NCBI GenBank assembly: GCA_002938115.1
Contig: PTKD01000002.1
Location: 1 to 33,255 of the forward strand
DNA from: Alphaproteobacteria bacterium MarineAlpha9_Bin7
GTDB lineage: Bacteria; Pseudomonadota; Alphaproteobacteria; UBA7887
DNA: 33,255 bases
Direction of reading: 5' to 3'
The notes below the pieces were generated by a model that saw nothing but the letters and a program-made list of their open reading frames with translations, searched no databases and had not been told where the DNA came from. Shown in pieces: positions 1-8,729 of the stretch (the stretch's first letter is position 1; each line of letters opens with the position of its first letter). The position numbers and the translations under genes were made by a program.

Positions 1-74
1 TACTTGGACGTGACCTCAACGCCTTGCAAGCCTATATTCGTGCGCGTGCCCGTATTGGTGGCAAAAAGCCGTAA
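1..74 (+). CDS. 3' end of an upstream CDS running off the window (possibly threonine synthase C-terminus)
   Basis: Frame 3 is open from the window edge to TAA 72-74 and reads ...LGRDLNALQAYIRARARIGGKKP*. thrC directly upstream of an M16 peptidase gene is a common alphaproteobacterial arrangement, but 23 aa is too little to identify it. Frame 1 is also open, to TAG 82-84. Confidence 0.3.
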   Translation, partial: LGRDLNALQAYIRARARIGGKKP

Positions 75-94
75 AACAAGTTAGGGACACCTAT

Positions 95-1360
95 ATGACG
101 CCAAAAGTCACTACACTGGATAACGGATTGCGTGTGATTAGCGAAGAAATCCCGTATCTGGAAACAGCATCGGTTGGGGTATGGGTTGATGCCGGCGCAC
201 GCTGCGAGCAACCAGAAACCAACGGTATTTCCCACTTACTCGAACACATGGCGTTCAAAGGGACCCAAATAAGAAGTGCGCGCGACATAGCCGAGGAAAT
301 TGAGGCCGTGGGGGGACACCTTAACGCCTATACCTCCAGAGAGCAGACCGCCTATTTTGCTAAAGTTCTAAAGGAAGATACGCCACTCGCCCTCGATATC
401 TTGGCAGATATTCTTCAAAATCCAGCTTTTGACAAAGATGAACTTGAGCGCGAACAAACGGTGGTTGTCCAGGAAATCGGTCAGGCTCACGATACTCCTG
501 ATGACATAATATTTGATTATTTCCAAGATATTGCGTTTCCGGATCAGCCCCTGGGTCGGCCAGTGCTCGGCACCTCAGAAAACGTTCAGAGTTTCACTCG
601 TGATAATCTATCCGCCTATATGGACCAGCATTATACACCGGGCCGAATGGTCGTCTCCGCTGCCGGAAATGTTGATCACGACCAACTAGTAGAACTAACG
701 AACAAAACATTTCTTCGTTCCACCTCAACGGTAGATAACTCGAATGAAGAAGCCAATTATGTTGGCGGACATTTCTATCAGTCTCGCGATCTTGAACAGG
801 TTCACCTATTGATAGGGTTTAATGGGCTAGCCTACAAGGATCAGGATTATTATGCGCTCCAAGTATTTTCTACTCTGTTGGGTGGCGGTATGTCCTCGCG
901 CCTTTTCCAAAAAGTACGAGAAGAACGCGGATTAGCCTATTCAATTTATTCGTTCTCAACGAGCTATGTAGATAGCGGTTTGTTCGGTATTTACGCTGGT
1001 ACCAGTGCGGAATCTACCTGTGAACTGATCGAAACAGTGTGCAATGAGTTGTTGGATGTCGTCGAAAATATTGGCGCCACAGAGACAGCACGGGCTAGGG
1101 CCCAGCTAAAATCAGGCCTATTGATGTCTCTTGAAAGCACCAGCGCTCGCAGCGAGCAACTAGCTCGTCAACTTTTACTTTTTGGGCGCCCTATTTCAAA
1201 CGCTGAGGTCATCGAAAAAATTGAATCTGCCGACCCGCCAAAGCTATCGGCAGTAGCCGAACGGATTTTCAAAAATGGGGCACCAACAATTGCTGCGCTT
1301 GGCCCAACGTCAAATATGCCAGATTATAAAGCAGTGGGGGAAATGCTTCGCCGAGGGTGA
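95..1360 (+). CDS. M16 (pitrilysin/MPP-like) zinc metallopeptidase
   Basis: 421-aa ORF with the inverted zinc motif HLLEHMAFKGT (HxxEH) near the N-terminus. The two-domain M16 length and an AGGGA Shine-Dalgarno before ATG 95 fit. Confidence 0.9.
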   Translation: MTPKVTTLDNGLRVISEEIPYLETASVGVWVDAGARCEQPETNGISHLLEHMAFKGTQIRSARDIAEEIEAVGGHLNAYTSREQTAYFAKVLKEDTPLALDILADILQNPAFDKDELEREQTVVVQEIGQAHDTPDDIIFDYFQDIAFPDQPLGRPVLGTSENVQSFTRDNLSAYMDQHYTPGRMVVSAAGNVDHDQLVELTNKTFLRSTSTVDNSNEEANYVGGHFYQSRDLEQVHLLIGFNGLAYKDQDYYALQVFSTLLGGGMSSRLFQKVREERGLAYSIYSFSTSYVDSGLFGIYAGTSAESTCELIETVCNELLDVVENIGATETARARAQLKSGLLMSLESTSARSEQLARQLLLFGRPISNAEVIEKIESADPPKLSAVAERIFKNGAPTIAALGPTSNMPDYKAVGEMLRRG

Positions 1361-1362
1361 AT

Positions 1363-1611
1363 ATGACTATTGTGGATGATAGGCCTAAGGAGCATGAACT
1401 GGATGTTTGTGGCCTGGCCTGCCCGTTGCCAATTCTGAAAGCCAAAAAGGCAATCAAAGACCTGCCTTCTGGCAGCCTTTTGACCATTTTGGCCACCGAC
1501 CCCAGCTCCGTAAACGATTTTAAAACGTTCTGCGAGTTGACTGGCCACCGACTTGAAACACATTCAGAGCGCACTGGAATTTTCCGCTTTCAAATTCGGG
1601 TAAAGGCATGA
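1363..1611 (+). CDS. TusA/SirA-family sulfur-carrier protein
   Basis: About 82 aa with the family motif DVCGLACPLPILKAKKAI (CPxP active-site Cys). The ORF track starts at GTG 1357, overlapping the M16 stop. ATG 1363 with GAGGG 5 nt upstream is the better start. Confidence 0.85.
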   Translation: MTIVDDRPKEHELDVCGLACPLPILKAKKAIKDLPSGSLLTILATDPSSVNDFKTFCELTGHRLETHSERTGIFRFQIRVKA

Positions 1612-2300
1612 TAGGCCTCCTCAAATCGCTATCCGAGGCCATGCGCGGCAAGCCTATCCGGGCGGGGCGAGTTTACCTACGTCCACCACACCGACGCGAC
1701 GTGAAAAAATGGCTTTCTTTGAGAGCCTCGAGCCGGAACTTCCTAGAACCCTGGGAACCGACGTGGCCAAAAGACGCGCTTACTAGAAAAGCGTTTTTCC
1801 GTCGACTCCGCACTTATGCGATCCATACAAATTCGGACACGGCTTATATGTTCTTAGTATTCCGTAACGATGACAAAACTTTACTAGGGAGCGTCTCAGT
1901 TAACGATGTGCGCCGGGGCATTGCACAAAGTTGTAACATTGGCTACTGGGTTGGTGAACATTATTCCGGCCAAGGCTATATGACAGAAGCCTTATCGGCA
2001 CTCCTTCCATTCATATTCGACCGGCTCAAAATTCATAGAATTGAAGCCGCCTGCTTACCGCACAATAAAGCAAGTCGAGTCCTGTTAAACAAGGTAGGAT
2101 TTCAAGAAGAGGGCCATGTGCGCCGCTATCTAAAAATTGATGGGAGATGGCAAGATCACATCCTGTTTGGGCTCCTGGATACTGATCCAAAGATAGCACC
2201 AGTACCACTGGAACGAGATTCAATTCGCGCGTCACGGCGCGCAAGGCGACGAAGTCGTTTTACGACTGCTCCGTCGCCGGCTCAAAGGGCTGAAAGTTGA
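1608..2300 (+). CDS. GNAT family N-acetyltransferase (RimJ/RimL-like) with a basic C-terminal tail
   Basis: 230 aa. RimJ-like core (IGYWVGEHYSGQGYMTEAL..., HRIEAACLPHNKASRVLLNKVGFQEEG). The start ATG overlaps the TusA stop (ATGA). The last ~35 aa are Arg/Ser-rich (SIRASRRARRRSRF). Confidence 0.85.
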   Translation: MIGLLKSLSEAMRGKPIRAGRVYLRPPHRRDVKKWLSLRASSRNFLEPWEPTWPKDALTRKAFFRRLRTYAIHTNSDTAYMFLVFRNDDKTLLGSVSVNDVRRGIAQSCNIGYWVGEHYSGQGYMTEALSALLPFIFDRLKIHRIEAACLPHNKASRVLLNKVGFQEEGHVRRYLKIDGRWQDHILFGLLDTDPKIAPVPLERDSIRASRRARRRSRFTTAPSPAQRAES

Positions 2301-2305
2301 ATTAT

Positions 2306-2881
2306 TTAGGCGTGGCCCACATCACTGGTTAATAGCGATAAGTCGATACCCATCTTCGCCGCCGCCGATTTCCATTTGGCCTCGTTGTCCTCGCCAAAAA
2401 CTATGCCTGAATCTGCGGCGCAGTTTAACCATCCATTATTTTGCATTTCGGTGTCCAACTGACCGGGCGCCCAACCAGCATATCCCAATGCAAACATAAC
2501 GTCAGCAGGGCCTTCTCCGCCCGCTATGGATTTGAGTACATCGATTGTCGCTGTCAAAGCAAAATCGTTGTTTACTCGCATAGTTTCTTCACTATTGTAG
2601 TCCGTGCTGTGAAGCACAAAGCCACGTCCTGACTCAACAGGGCCCCCGAAGTGCACTTCGACTTTGGAGCCAGTTGCTTCTAAGTCAATTTTCATTTGTT
2701 GTAATAACTCAGTGAAATTTAACGAACCAATGAGTTTGTTCACTACCAATCCCATGGCACCATCCTCATTGTGAGTACACAAGTAAATCACACTTTCGGA
2801 AAAACGGGGATCTGTCATGGCTGGCATCGCTATTAGCAGTTGACCCGAGAGGTACCCATCCTTTTCTTTATCTGCACTCAT
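2306..2881 (-). CDS. YqgE/AlgH family protein (UPF0301)
   Basis: GQLLIAMPAMTDPRFSESVIYLCTHNEDGAMGLVVNK matches the YqgE/AlgH N-terminal signature. ATG 2881 is preferred; the track start at 2890 is a GTG. Confidence 0.85.
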   Translation of the reverse strand: MSADKEKDGYLSGQLLIAMPAMTDPRFSESVIYLCTHNEDGAMGLVVNKLIGSLNFTELLQQMKIDLEATGSKVEVHFGGPVESGRGFVLHSTDYNSEETMRVNNDFALTATIDVLKSIAGGEGPADVMFALGYAGWAPGQLDTEMQNNGWLNCAADSGIVFGEDNEAKWKSAAAKMGIDLSLLTSDVGHA

Positions 2882-2955
2882 GTTACACACGCCCTAATTA
2901 TTAGCGAAAAATATGTTTATACGCCATCCTGCTGTCCAGGCCTGAATGCGTTAGA

Positions 2956-5136
2956 ATGTATCATATAATCTGGACCCACAATGACTCGAAAATGGCGACC
3001 CTAATCCTAAGTATCGCCTCACGCTGGGCGACATTGTCCACTGGGCTTTACATCCTTCTTGCTCCTACTTTAGTTGCGGCAGACGCCGCATCAAGATGGG
3101 AACAATCCGAATTTACTCAGGTACGTCTAATCTCAGCAACTAACGCGGTCGGCCAGACCGACAAAGTTCAGCTTGGGCTCCAGTTCCAATTGGAACCAGA
3201 ATGGAAAATTTATTGGCGTAGCCCAGGAGATGCCGGCGCCCCTCCGATTCTTGATTTTGAAGGGTCAAAAAATATAGCAGCGGTCGAAATTGATTGGCCC
3301 ATGCCAAAACGCTTCACTGAATTGGGAAACCTCGAGACCATAGGATATCAGGACAGTGTCGTTCTTCCTATTACGGTTCAGTTGAGGAACATAGGAAAGA
3401 AACTGACGATTCGCGCACTCGTAGAATACCAAGCGTGCAAAACAATATGCATTCCCATCACGGCTACCGTCGACTTAGAACTACCCTCCGGACCCGCGAC
3501 TACCAGCGATTTCTCCACACTGATTGCCCACCACGTAGCGAATGTGCCCAAGAGCCCAGAAGATGCAGGCATATCGTTGCAGCTACTTTCTGTAGACGGC
3601 CTTCCCCCAACACAAATATTAGAAATAGGGTTGCAGGCAGACGAACCATTTTCTGATCCGATTGTTCTGGTTGAGGGCCCTCCCAATTTTCGCTTTGCTA
3701 AAGAAACAAAGCGGCTAAGTGCAGACTCTCACAACGTGTTGATGCGAGTTCCAGTAGAAAGTCGTGTTGGTCGCAGCATTATCGGCGAACAAATTTTGGT
3801 AACCCTTGCCGATAACGCACTAGCAGTGGAATTCCCGGTCAAGGTATATTCCACCTTGGGTGGCAGGACCGACTCCAGGAAGGTTTCGCTTCTCCCTATT
3901 CTTGGCATGGCCTTATTGGGCGGCCTGATACTCAATTTGATGCCTTGCGTTCTGCCGGTCCTAGCCATCAAGATAATGAGTGTCATTCAGTATGGGGGCC
4001 TGAAAAGCCGGCAAGTGCGCGCGAACTTTCTCGCCTCGGCGAGCGGCATAATACTGTCATTCTTGCTGCTAGCATCTGGCACAACAGCACTGAAGCTCAC
4101 GGGCGCCGCCGTGGGCTGGGGCATGCAGTTTCAGGAACCGTTATTCCTCGTATTCCTGATTTTGGTCATCACGATGTTCGCCTGCAACCTTTTCGGTTTT
4201 TTTAACATACCAGTGCCAGCCTGGGCCGGACGACTCGGCCGGACAAATGAAGCCGGCTTGAACGCCCCGACCGTCAGTAGCAGTTTCTGGATTGGGGCAT
4301 TAGCAACATTATTGGCGACCCCCTGTTCTGCCCCGTTCCTTGGAACTGCTGCAGGATTTGCATTGAGCAGGGGACCAATTGAGATTTTTATAGTTTTTGT
4401 CACCCTCGGAATTGGGATGGCGACACCTTATTTGGTGCTAGCCGCAATACCTGCGTTTGCCACACACCTGCCCAAACCAGGAGCTTGGATGATTTGGGTG
4501 CGTAACCTGATGGGTGTTAGCTTAGTTGGAACAATAATTTGGCTATTATCAGTTATTACGGCACAAATCGGCTATTGGGGGGCCATAACCCTGGGAATCC
4601 TCATGGTAACGTGCGGAGTTATATTGGGGTTGGCCAAAAGAGGAGAAACGGCTGAGGGTCGATTCTCTCTTGGAACGATCGGTCTAATAAGCGTCATCGC
4701 TCTAATAATTCCGCAAGCAACTTCATCGCTAAGTTCTGGGACCAATAATGAGAAAATTAATGACAGTTATTGGGAAAAATTGAATGTGTCGGCAATAGAA
4801 CCCCTTGTCCAAGCAGGTAACACAGTATTCGTGGATATTACCGCTGACTGGTGTTTGACTTGTAAGGTGAACAAATCTCTCGTCTTAGACAAGGCCGCGA
4901 TAGTCGACCAAATGACGCTGCCTGGTATTGTCGCGATGCGTGGAGACTGGACCAAACCGGATCCTATTATTGCGGAGTATTTAGAAAGTTTTGGTCGCTA
5001 TGGCCTACCATTCAACGTGATATATGGGCCTGGCACCCCACTCGGCCTTGTGTTGCCCGAACTACTGAGTAAGGCTGCTATTTTATCGGGACTGCAACAA
5101 GCAAGGAGCACAGCCGACAGTGCTTCCAAACAGTAG
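2956..5136 (+). CDS. ScsB/DsbD-family membrane thiol:disulfide reductase
   Basis: 726 aa. A long (~300 aa) periplasmic N-domain carries YQACKTICIP. The DsbD-type membrane core has Cys in LMPCVLPVL and ATPCSAPFLG. The C-terminal thioredoxin fold has DWCLTCK (CxxC). An alternative start is ATG 2992. Confidence 0.85.
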   Translation: MYHIIWTHNDSKMATLILSIASRWATLSTGLYILLAPTLVAADAASRWEQSEFTQVRLISATNAVGQTDKVQLGLQFQLEPEWKIYWRSPGDAGAPPILDFEGSKNIAAVEIDWPMPKRFTELGNLETIGYQDSVVLPITVQLRNIGKKLTIRALVEYQACKTICIPITATVDLELPSGPATTSDFSTLIAHHVANVPKSPEDAGISLQLLSVDGLPPTQILEIGLQADEPFSDPIVLVEGPPNFRFAKETKRLSADSHNVLMRVPVESRVGRSIIGEQILVTLADNALAVEFPVKVYSTLGGRTDSRKVSLLPILGMALLGGLILNLMPCVLPVLAIKIMSVIQYGGLKSRQVRANFLASASGIILSFLLLASGTTALKLTGAAVGWGMQFQEPLFLVFLILVITMFACNLFGFFNIPVPAWAGRLGRTNEAGLNAPTVSSSFWIGALATLLATPCSAPFLGTAAGFALSRGPIEIFIVFVTLGIGMATPYLVLAAIPAFATHLPKPGAWMIWVRNLMGVSLVGTIIWLLSVITAQIGYWGAITLGILMVTCGVILGLAKRGETAEGRFSLGTIGLISVIALIIPQATSSLSSGTNNEKINDSYWEKLNVSAIEPLVQAGNTVFVDITADWCLTCKVNKSLVLDKAAIVDQMTLPGIVAMRGDWTKPDPIIAEYLESFGRYGLPFNVIYGPGTPLGLVLPELLSKAAILSGLQQARSTADSASKQ

Positions 5137-5305
5137 TCCAATTGCACCTTAGCCAACGCCAAACGAATTTTAGCCACCCTATTATCCCTTGGCGCAGCCT
5201 ACATACCTGCTATTTATAGTGAAATTGATTCGCAAAGCAGAAGCGTCTCCGTTGATTAGGCTGAGCATAGTCTGAAGATGGAAAGATATTGGGGAGATAT
5301 GAGCT

Positions 5306-5788
5306 ATGACCATCAAAATTGGTGACAAGGTTCCATCTATCGCGTTTAAGCATCTGGGGCCGGACGGTATGGAGGATATCTCCACACAGCAAATTTTTGA
5401 CGGCAAAAAAATAGTACTTTTTGCGGTACCTGGGGCGTTTACTCCCACATGTTCGGCCAAACATGTGCCAGGATTCCTGGAACATGCAACCGAGATAAAG
5501 AATAAGGGTGTGGACCAAATAGTCTGTTTGTCGGTTAACGATCCTTTTGTTATGGACGCCTGGGGCAAAGATAGGGGCACAGGGGAAAGTATTTTGATGC
5601 TTGGTGATGGTAATGGTGACTTTACTCGCGCAATCGACTTGGGCCTAGATGGTTCAGGGGTTGGGTTAGGCGCCCGTTCGCAACGTTACGCAATGATCGT
5701 CGAAAATGGAACAGTGACAACACTCGAAGTAGAAGACGGGCCGGGCCTCACCGTTTCTAGTGCCGAAAATATATTGAGCAAGCTCTAA
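5306..5788 (+). CDS. Peroxiredoxin, Prx5 subfamily
   Basis: 160 aa with FAVPGAFTPTCS (peroxidatic Cys motif of Prx5-type enzymes). GGGGAG lies upstream of the ATG. No signal peptide is visible. Confidence 0.9.
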   Translation: MTIKIGDKVPSIAFKHLGPDGMEDISTQQIFDGKKIVLFAVPGAFTPTCSAKHVPGFLEHATEIKNKGVDQIVCLSVNDPFVMDAWGKDRGTGESILMLGDGNGDFTRAIDLGLDGSGVGLGARSQRYAMIVENGTVTTLEVEDGPGLTVSSAENILSKL

Positions 5789-5953
5789 TTGTCTGATCGA
5801 GGCTGGCGGAAGAACACAACCCCACACCGCCGTCAATACTGAGCTTTAACATTCAGTCTGCCACCCAAATCTCTGAATGCACCGAACTGAGATCATGCCG
5901 TAAGGGAAAAGGATTCAATTTTAAACAGCTACTCCGCAAACGCCCTGTCACGA

Positions 5954-5967
5954 AAATTCTAGAATTT
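5954..5967. repeat. Perfect 14-bp palindrome AAATTCTAGAATTT, 2 nt downstream of the rnhA stop
   Basis: Read directly; every position pairs about the centre between 5960 and 5961. On the minus strand it is followed by a short T-run (GAATTTTCG). Confidence 0.9.
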
Positions 5968-5969
5968 CC

Positions 5970-6413
5970 TCAGCGGACATCTTCAATACCGTGGCGTGCC
6001 AAGGCATCTGCGCGCTCATTCTCTGGGTGCCCGGCATGGCCCTTGACCCAAAGCCATTCAATTTGATGACGCTCGGAGATAGTTAGCAGACGTCGCCATA
6101 AATCAACATTTTTAACAGGCTTTTTATTCGCGGTTTGCCATCCATTTGCTTTCCAACCATCGATCCACTTTGTGATCCCATCACGTAGGTATACGGAATC
6201 CGTGTATAGGATGACTGCAGATGATTGCTTCAACGCCTCCAGGGCTTCAATTGCAGCCATCAATTCCATTCGGTTGTTGGTGGTCCAGGGATCACCACCA
6301 CTCATTTCTTTTGCGTGACCACCGTATTTGAGAATGGCTCCCCAACCCCCCGGTCCTGGATTCCCCGAGCATGCACCGTCCGTGAATATCTCAATCACCT
6401 GCTTGCCCATCAC
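5970..6413 (-). CDS. rnhA: Ribonuclease HI
   Basis: [18 protein letters not shown]..., [18 protein letters not shown], and the C-terminal [15 protein letters not shown] motif. Typical 147 aa length. Confidence 0.95.
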   Translation of the reverse strand: MMGKQVIEIFTDGACSGNPGPGGWGAILKYGGHAKEMSGGDPWTTNNRMELMAAIEALEALKQSSAVILYTDSVYLRDGITKWIDGWKANGWQTANKKPVKNVDLWRRLLTISERHQIEWLWVKGHAGHPENERADALARHGIEDVR

Positions 6414-6417
6414 ATAC

Positions 6418-7386
6418 TCAGTCTAAACCATATTCGCCTGGTCCCCGCACCTGTCGATGGAAACCAAGTTTATGAAAATACTCAAGAGGATCCTTGGGTC
6501 GAACCAGTGCGCCTTCAGGTGCGTTCAACCAATCATAAAGGCGCGTCAATAAAAACCGTAAAGCTGCCCCACGGCAAAGTAGCGGTAACGCTTTCAATTC
6601 GGCTCGTGAAAATGGCCTAACCCGTCGGTATGCGGACAACATCAAGCGGGCTTTGGTGGCATTAAAGGCACCATCCGGCTCAAAACACCAAGAATTTAGA
6701 CAAATAGCCAAGTCATATGCAAATAAATCAGTACACGCGAAATAGAAATCGATCAAACCTGAAATTGCACCATTCACAAAAAGAACGTTGTCCGGAAATA
6801 AATCTGCGTGGATAATTCCCTGAGGCAGGCCGACCGGCCATGCGACACTCAGTTCCGTTATTTCGGCTTGAAGATCCTCCACCAGACCCGGCTTTACTTC
6901 GTCGGCGCGCCCCTCCACCCTGCTCAACAACTTTTGCCAGGTAGTTACTGAAAAATTGTTTGGCCTAGCCCCTGCGAAATCCTGGCCCGCCAGGTGCAAA
7001 GCGGCCAACTCTTTACCCAGACCACCACACCACTTAGCCCCGGGCTGAGGTTCGGCGGAACCACCCAAAAAAGTTAAAATAGCCGCCGGTTTTCCAGCAA
7101 TTTCGCGCAACACCCTGCCATCATTGCCTGCCACTGGCACTGGGCATACAACTCCACGGGATGCCAAATATTTCATAAGATCAAGAAAAAAGGGCAGGTC
7201 ATTTGGTTGAACCCGTTTTTCGTAAATGGTCAGAATGTAGCGACCGCGCCTAGTCGATAAAAGGTAGTTGGAATTCTCCACCCCTTCGGTGATCCCAACC
7301 GAGCTTAACAACTCCCCGAAATCATATGCGGCGAGAAAAGATTTTAACTCAGAATCACTGATTTTTGTGTAAACAGCCACAATCAA
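6418..7386 (-). CDS. thrB: Homoserine kinase, type II (APH-like ThrB)
   Basis: N-terminus [23 protein letters not shown]...GVENSNYLL...YILTIYE and kinase motif [12 protein letters not shown]. 322 aa. Confidence 0.9.
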   Translation of the reverse strand: MIVAVYTKISDSELKSFLAAYDFGELLSSVGITEGVENSNYLLSTRRGRYILTIYEKRVQPNDLPFFLDLMKYLASRGVVCPVPVAGNDGRVLREIAGKPAAILTFLGGSAEPQPGAKWCGGLGKELAALHLAGQDFAGARPNNFSVTTWQKLLSRVEGRADEVKPGLVEDLQAEITELSVAWPVGLPQGIIHADLFPDNVLFVNGAISGLIDFYFACTDLFAYDLAICLNSWCFEPDGAFNATKARLMLSAYRRVRPFSRAELKALPLLCRGAALRFLLTRLYDWLNAPEGALVRPKDPLEYFHKLGFHRQVRGPGEYGLD

Positions 7387-7531
7387 ACCTGTTACTGGTA
7401 AGTGAACCTGACCTAACCGCCACGACTCACTTAGTGGCAGTAATATCGATCATATGAAATACTTCAGTCGGTGATAGTTTTGATTTTAAACTGGAACAGT
7501 TCTAACCATTTCTGCGAGTGTATAGCAAAAA

Positions 7532-7771
7532 ATGTCTGATCCTGTCATAGCGCAAAAGGCTCCCTATGAGACCGAGGTACGGGCTGGGCAAAGCTACGCC
7601 TGGTGTCGCTGTGGACTGAGTAAAAAGCAACCGTTCTGTGACGGAGCCCACACGACCACAAATTTGAAACCAATCGTTTGGCGAGCTGAGGAGGATAGTA
7701 CCGTCTATCTGTGTGGTTGCAAACAGAGCCAGAATAAGCCGTATTGCGACGGAAGCCACAGCTCGCTGTGA
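7532..7771 (+). CDS. CDGSH iron-sulfur domain protein (two CDGSH motifs)
   Basis: 79 aa containing CRCGLSKKQPFCDGAH and CGCKQSQNKPYCDGSH. Both fit C-x-C-x2-(S/T)-x3-P-x-C-D-G-(S/A)-H. Confidence 0.85.
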   Translation: MSDPVIAQKAPYETEVRAGQSYAWCRCGLSKKQPFCDGAHTTTNLKPIVWRAEEDSTVYLCGCKQSQNKPYCDGSHSSL

Positions 7772-8418
7772 CTCGAAGCTTCGTTTTCAAAAATATTGCT
7801 AGCGCATTTCATACTGGCCTGCTCATCGCATCCATCGGGATTCTCCCCGCATGCCAGGCAATCCCGATTCCGGATTTTGTTAAAGAAGCAGCAGACAACT
7901 GGCTTTCAGCCGCGACCATGGAGTGCCCAAAAGTTCGAATTCTCAAAGCTGGCCAACGCTACGTCCAATACCAAAGTGGTGCCGGCCGAGATATCACCGA
8001 TATCGAATTGGATGTTCAAATCACCGAAGTAAAGTACACATGCGACCTCAGAAATCGCGGCGATGAGCGTCTTGCACCACAGGACGCACCCTGGAACATA
8101 GTTGTCGGCCTTGATATCTCATTCCGCGTTCGACGTGAGGTCCTCATCCAACAAGAAAAAATTGAAAATATTCCCTTTTTTGTCGCTCTGCTCGACCGAT
8201 TCGGCCAAGTTGTCGAAAAACAGATATTCTCCACAAACCTTTCGTTCTCTCCGGAGACCAGCTCGGAATCACAAGTGCATAGAGAACACATAGTGCTCAA
8301 GATACCGATCCACGACGTAGCCATAGCTGCCAGCTACGAAACCGTAGTTAGTTTTCAACTTAGTCAAGAACAGCTTGACTTAACAAACAACCCTGAGGAT
8401 CGTACGAACAGCCGTTGA
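7768..8418 (+). CDS. Hypothetical lipoprotein (no family recognised)
   Basis: The ORF is open from TTG 7744. GTG 7768 overlaps the CDGSH stop (GTGA) and gives the signal peptide MTRSFVFKNIASAFHTGLLIASIGILPAC with lipobox-like LPAC. There are no recognisable catalytic motifs. Confidence 0.55.
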   Translation: MTRSFVFKNIASAFHTGLLIASIGILPACQAIPIPDFVKEAADNWLSAATMECPKVRILKAGQRYVQYQSGAGRDITDIELDVQITEVKYTCDLRNRGDERLAPQDAPWNIVVGLDISFRVRREVLIQQEKIENIPFFVALLDRFGQVVEKQIFSTNLSFSPETSSESQVHREHIVLKIPIHDVAIAASYETVVSFQLSQEQLDLTNNPEDRTNSR

Positions 8419-8440
8419 ATGTCCCCCGAACGCTTGGGAG

Positions 8441-8468
8441 TTGACGACGTTCGTTCCCACACTATCAT
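8441..8468 (+). promoter_or_regulatory. Sigma70-like promoter for the riboswitch-gcv operon
   Basis: TTGACG (8441-8446), a 16-nt spacer, then TATCAT (8463-8468). It lies ~20 nt upstream of the first riboswitch aptamer and just after the lipoprotein stop. Confidence 0.4.
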
Positions 8469-8487
8469 CTCACCCCTAACAAATTCC

Positions 8488-8690
8488 CTCGCGGGAGAGA
8501 CGGGGCACTCGATCAGGAGTTGGCACCCGCGCCGAAGGAGCAACCGCCCCGGAAACTCTCAGGCAAACGGACCGCATGGGAAGCGAAACTCTGGAAAGCA
8601 GGGATTGCGGCTGTTACGCGTAGTTCCTCACCGACGGGGTAAACCACTGGGACAGTGGTGAATCTCTCAGGTTCTCAGACAGAGGGGGCA
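8488..8690 (+). promoter_or_regulatory. Tandem glycine riboswitch (two aptamers) controlling gcvT-H-PA-PB
   Basis: Aptamer 1 (~8491-8575): GCGGGAGAGA...CGCCGAAGGAGCAACC...ACUCUCAGGCAAACGGACCGC. Aptamer 2 (~8589-8684): CUCUGGAAAG...CACCGACGGGGUAAA...CUCUCAGGUUCUCAGACAGAG. Both carry the conserved GGAGAG / CCGAAGG-GCAA / CUCUCAGG-A-GAC cores, and P1 closing helices can be drawn (GCGG/CCGC, CUCUG/CAGAG). The position upstream of gcvT is the classic context. Confidence 0.85.
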
Positions 8691-8729
8691 ATGCACGCGC
8701 GTGCACGTGTGCGGCTGTCGGAGAACCAA

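Noticed and set aside
5182-5580. 132-aa and 102-aa ORFs antisense to the peroxiredoxin gene
   Set aside because: The plus-strand Prx5 reading frame has unmistakable motifs, while the antisense frames have none.
5805-5831. GGCGG...CCGCC inverted repeat after the peroxiredoxin gene, as a possible terminator
   Set aside because: It has only a 5-bp stem with a 17-nt loop and no downstream T-tract. The CATTCAG/CTGAATG pair at 5849-5878 is similarly weak.
8419-8661. 80-aa ORF (MSPERLGVDDVRSH...) in the ORF track
   Set aside because: It lies exactly over the promoter and both glycine-riboswitch aptamers. It is Arg/Gly/Pro-rich with no Shine-Dalgarno, and the region is better explained as structured leader RNA.
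8655-8729. N-terminal extension of gcvT (MVNLSGSQTEGAMHARARV...)
   Set aside because: The GTG 8655 start sits inside aptamer 2. Homologous T proteins begin only a few residues before the (L)K.TPL motif. GTG 8730 with GGAG at -10 fits better, and ATG 8691 is kept as an alternative.
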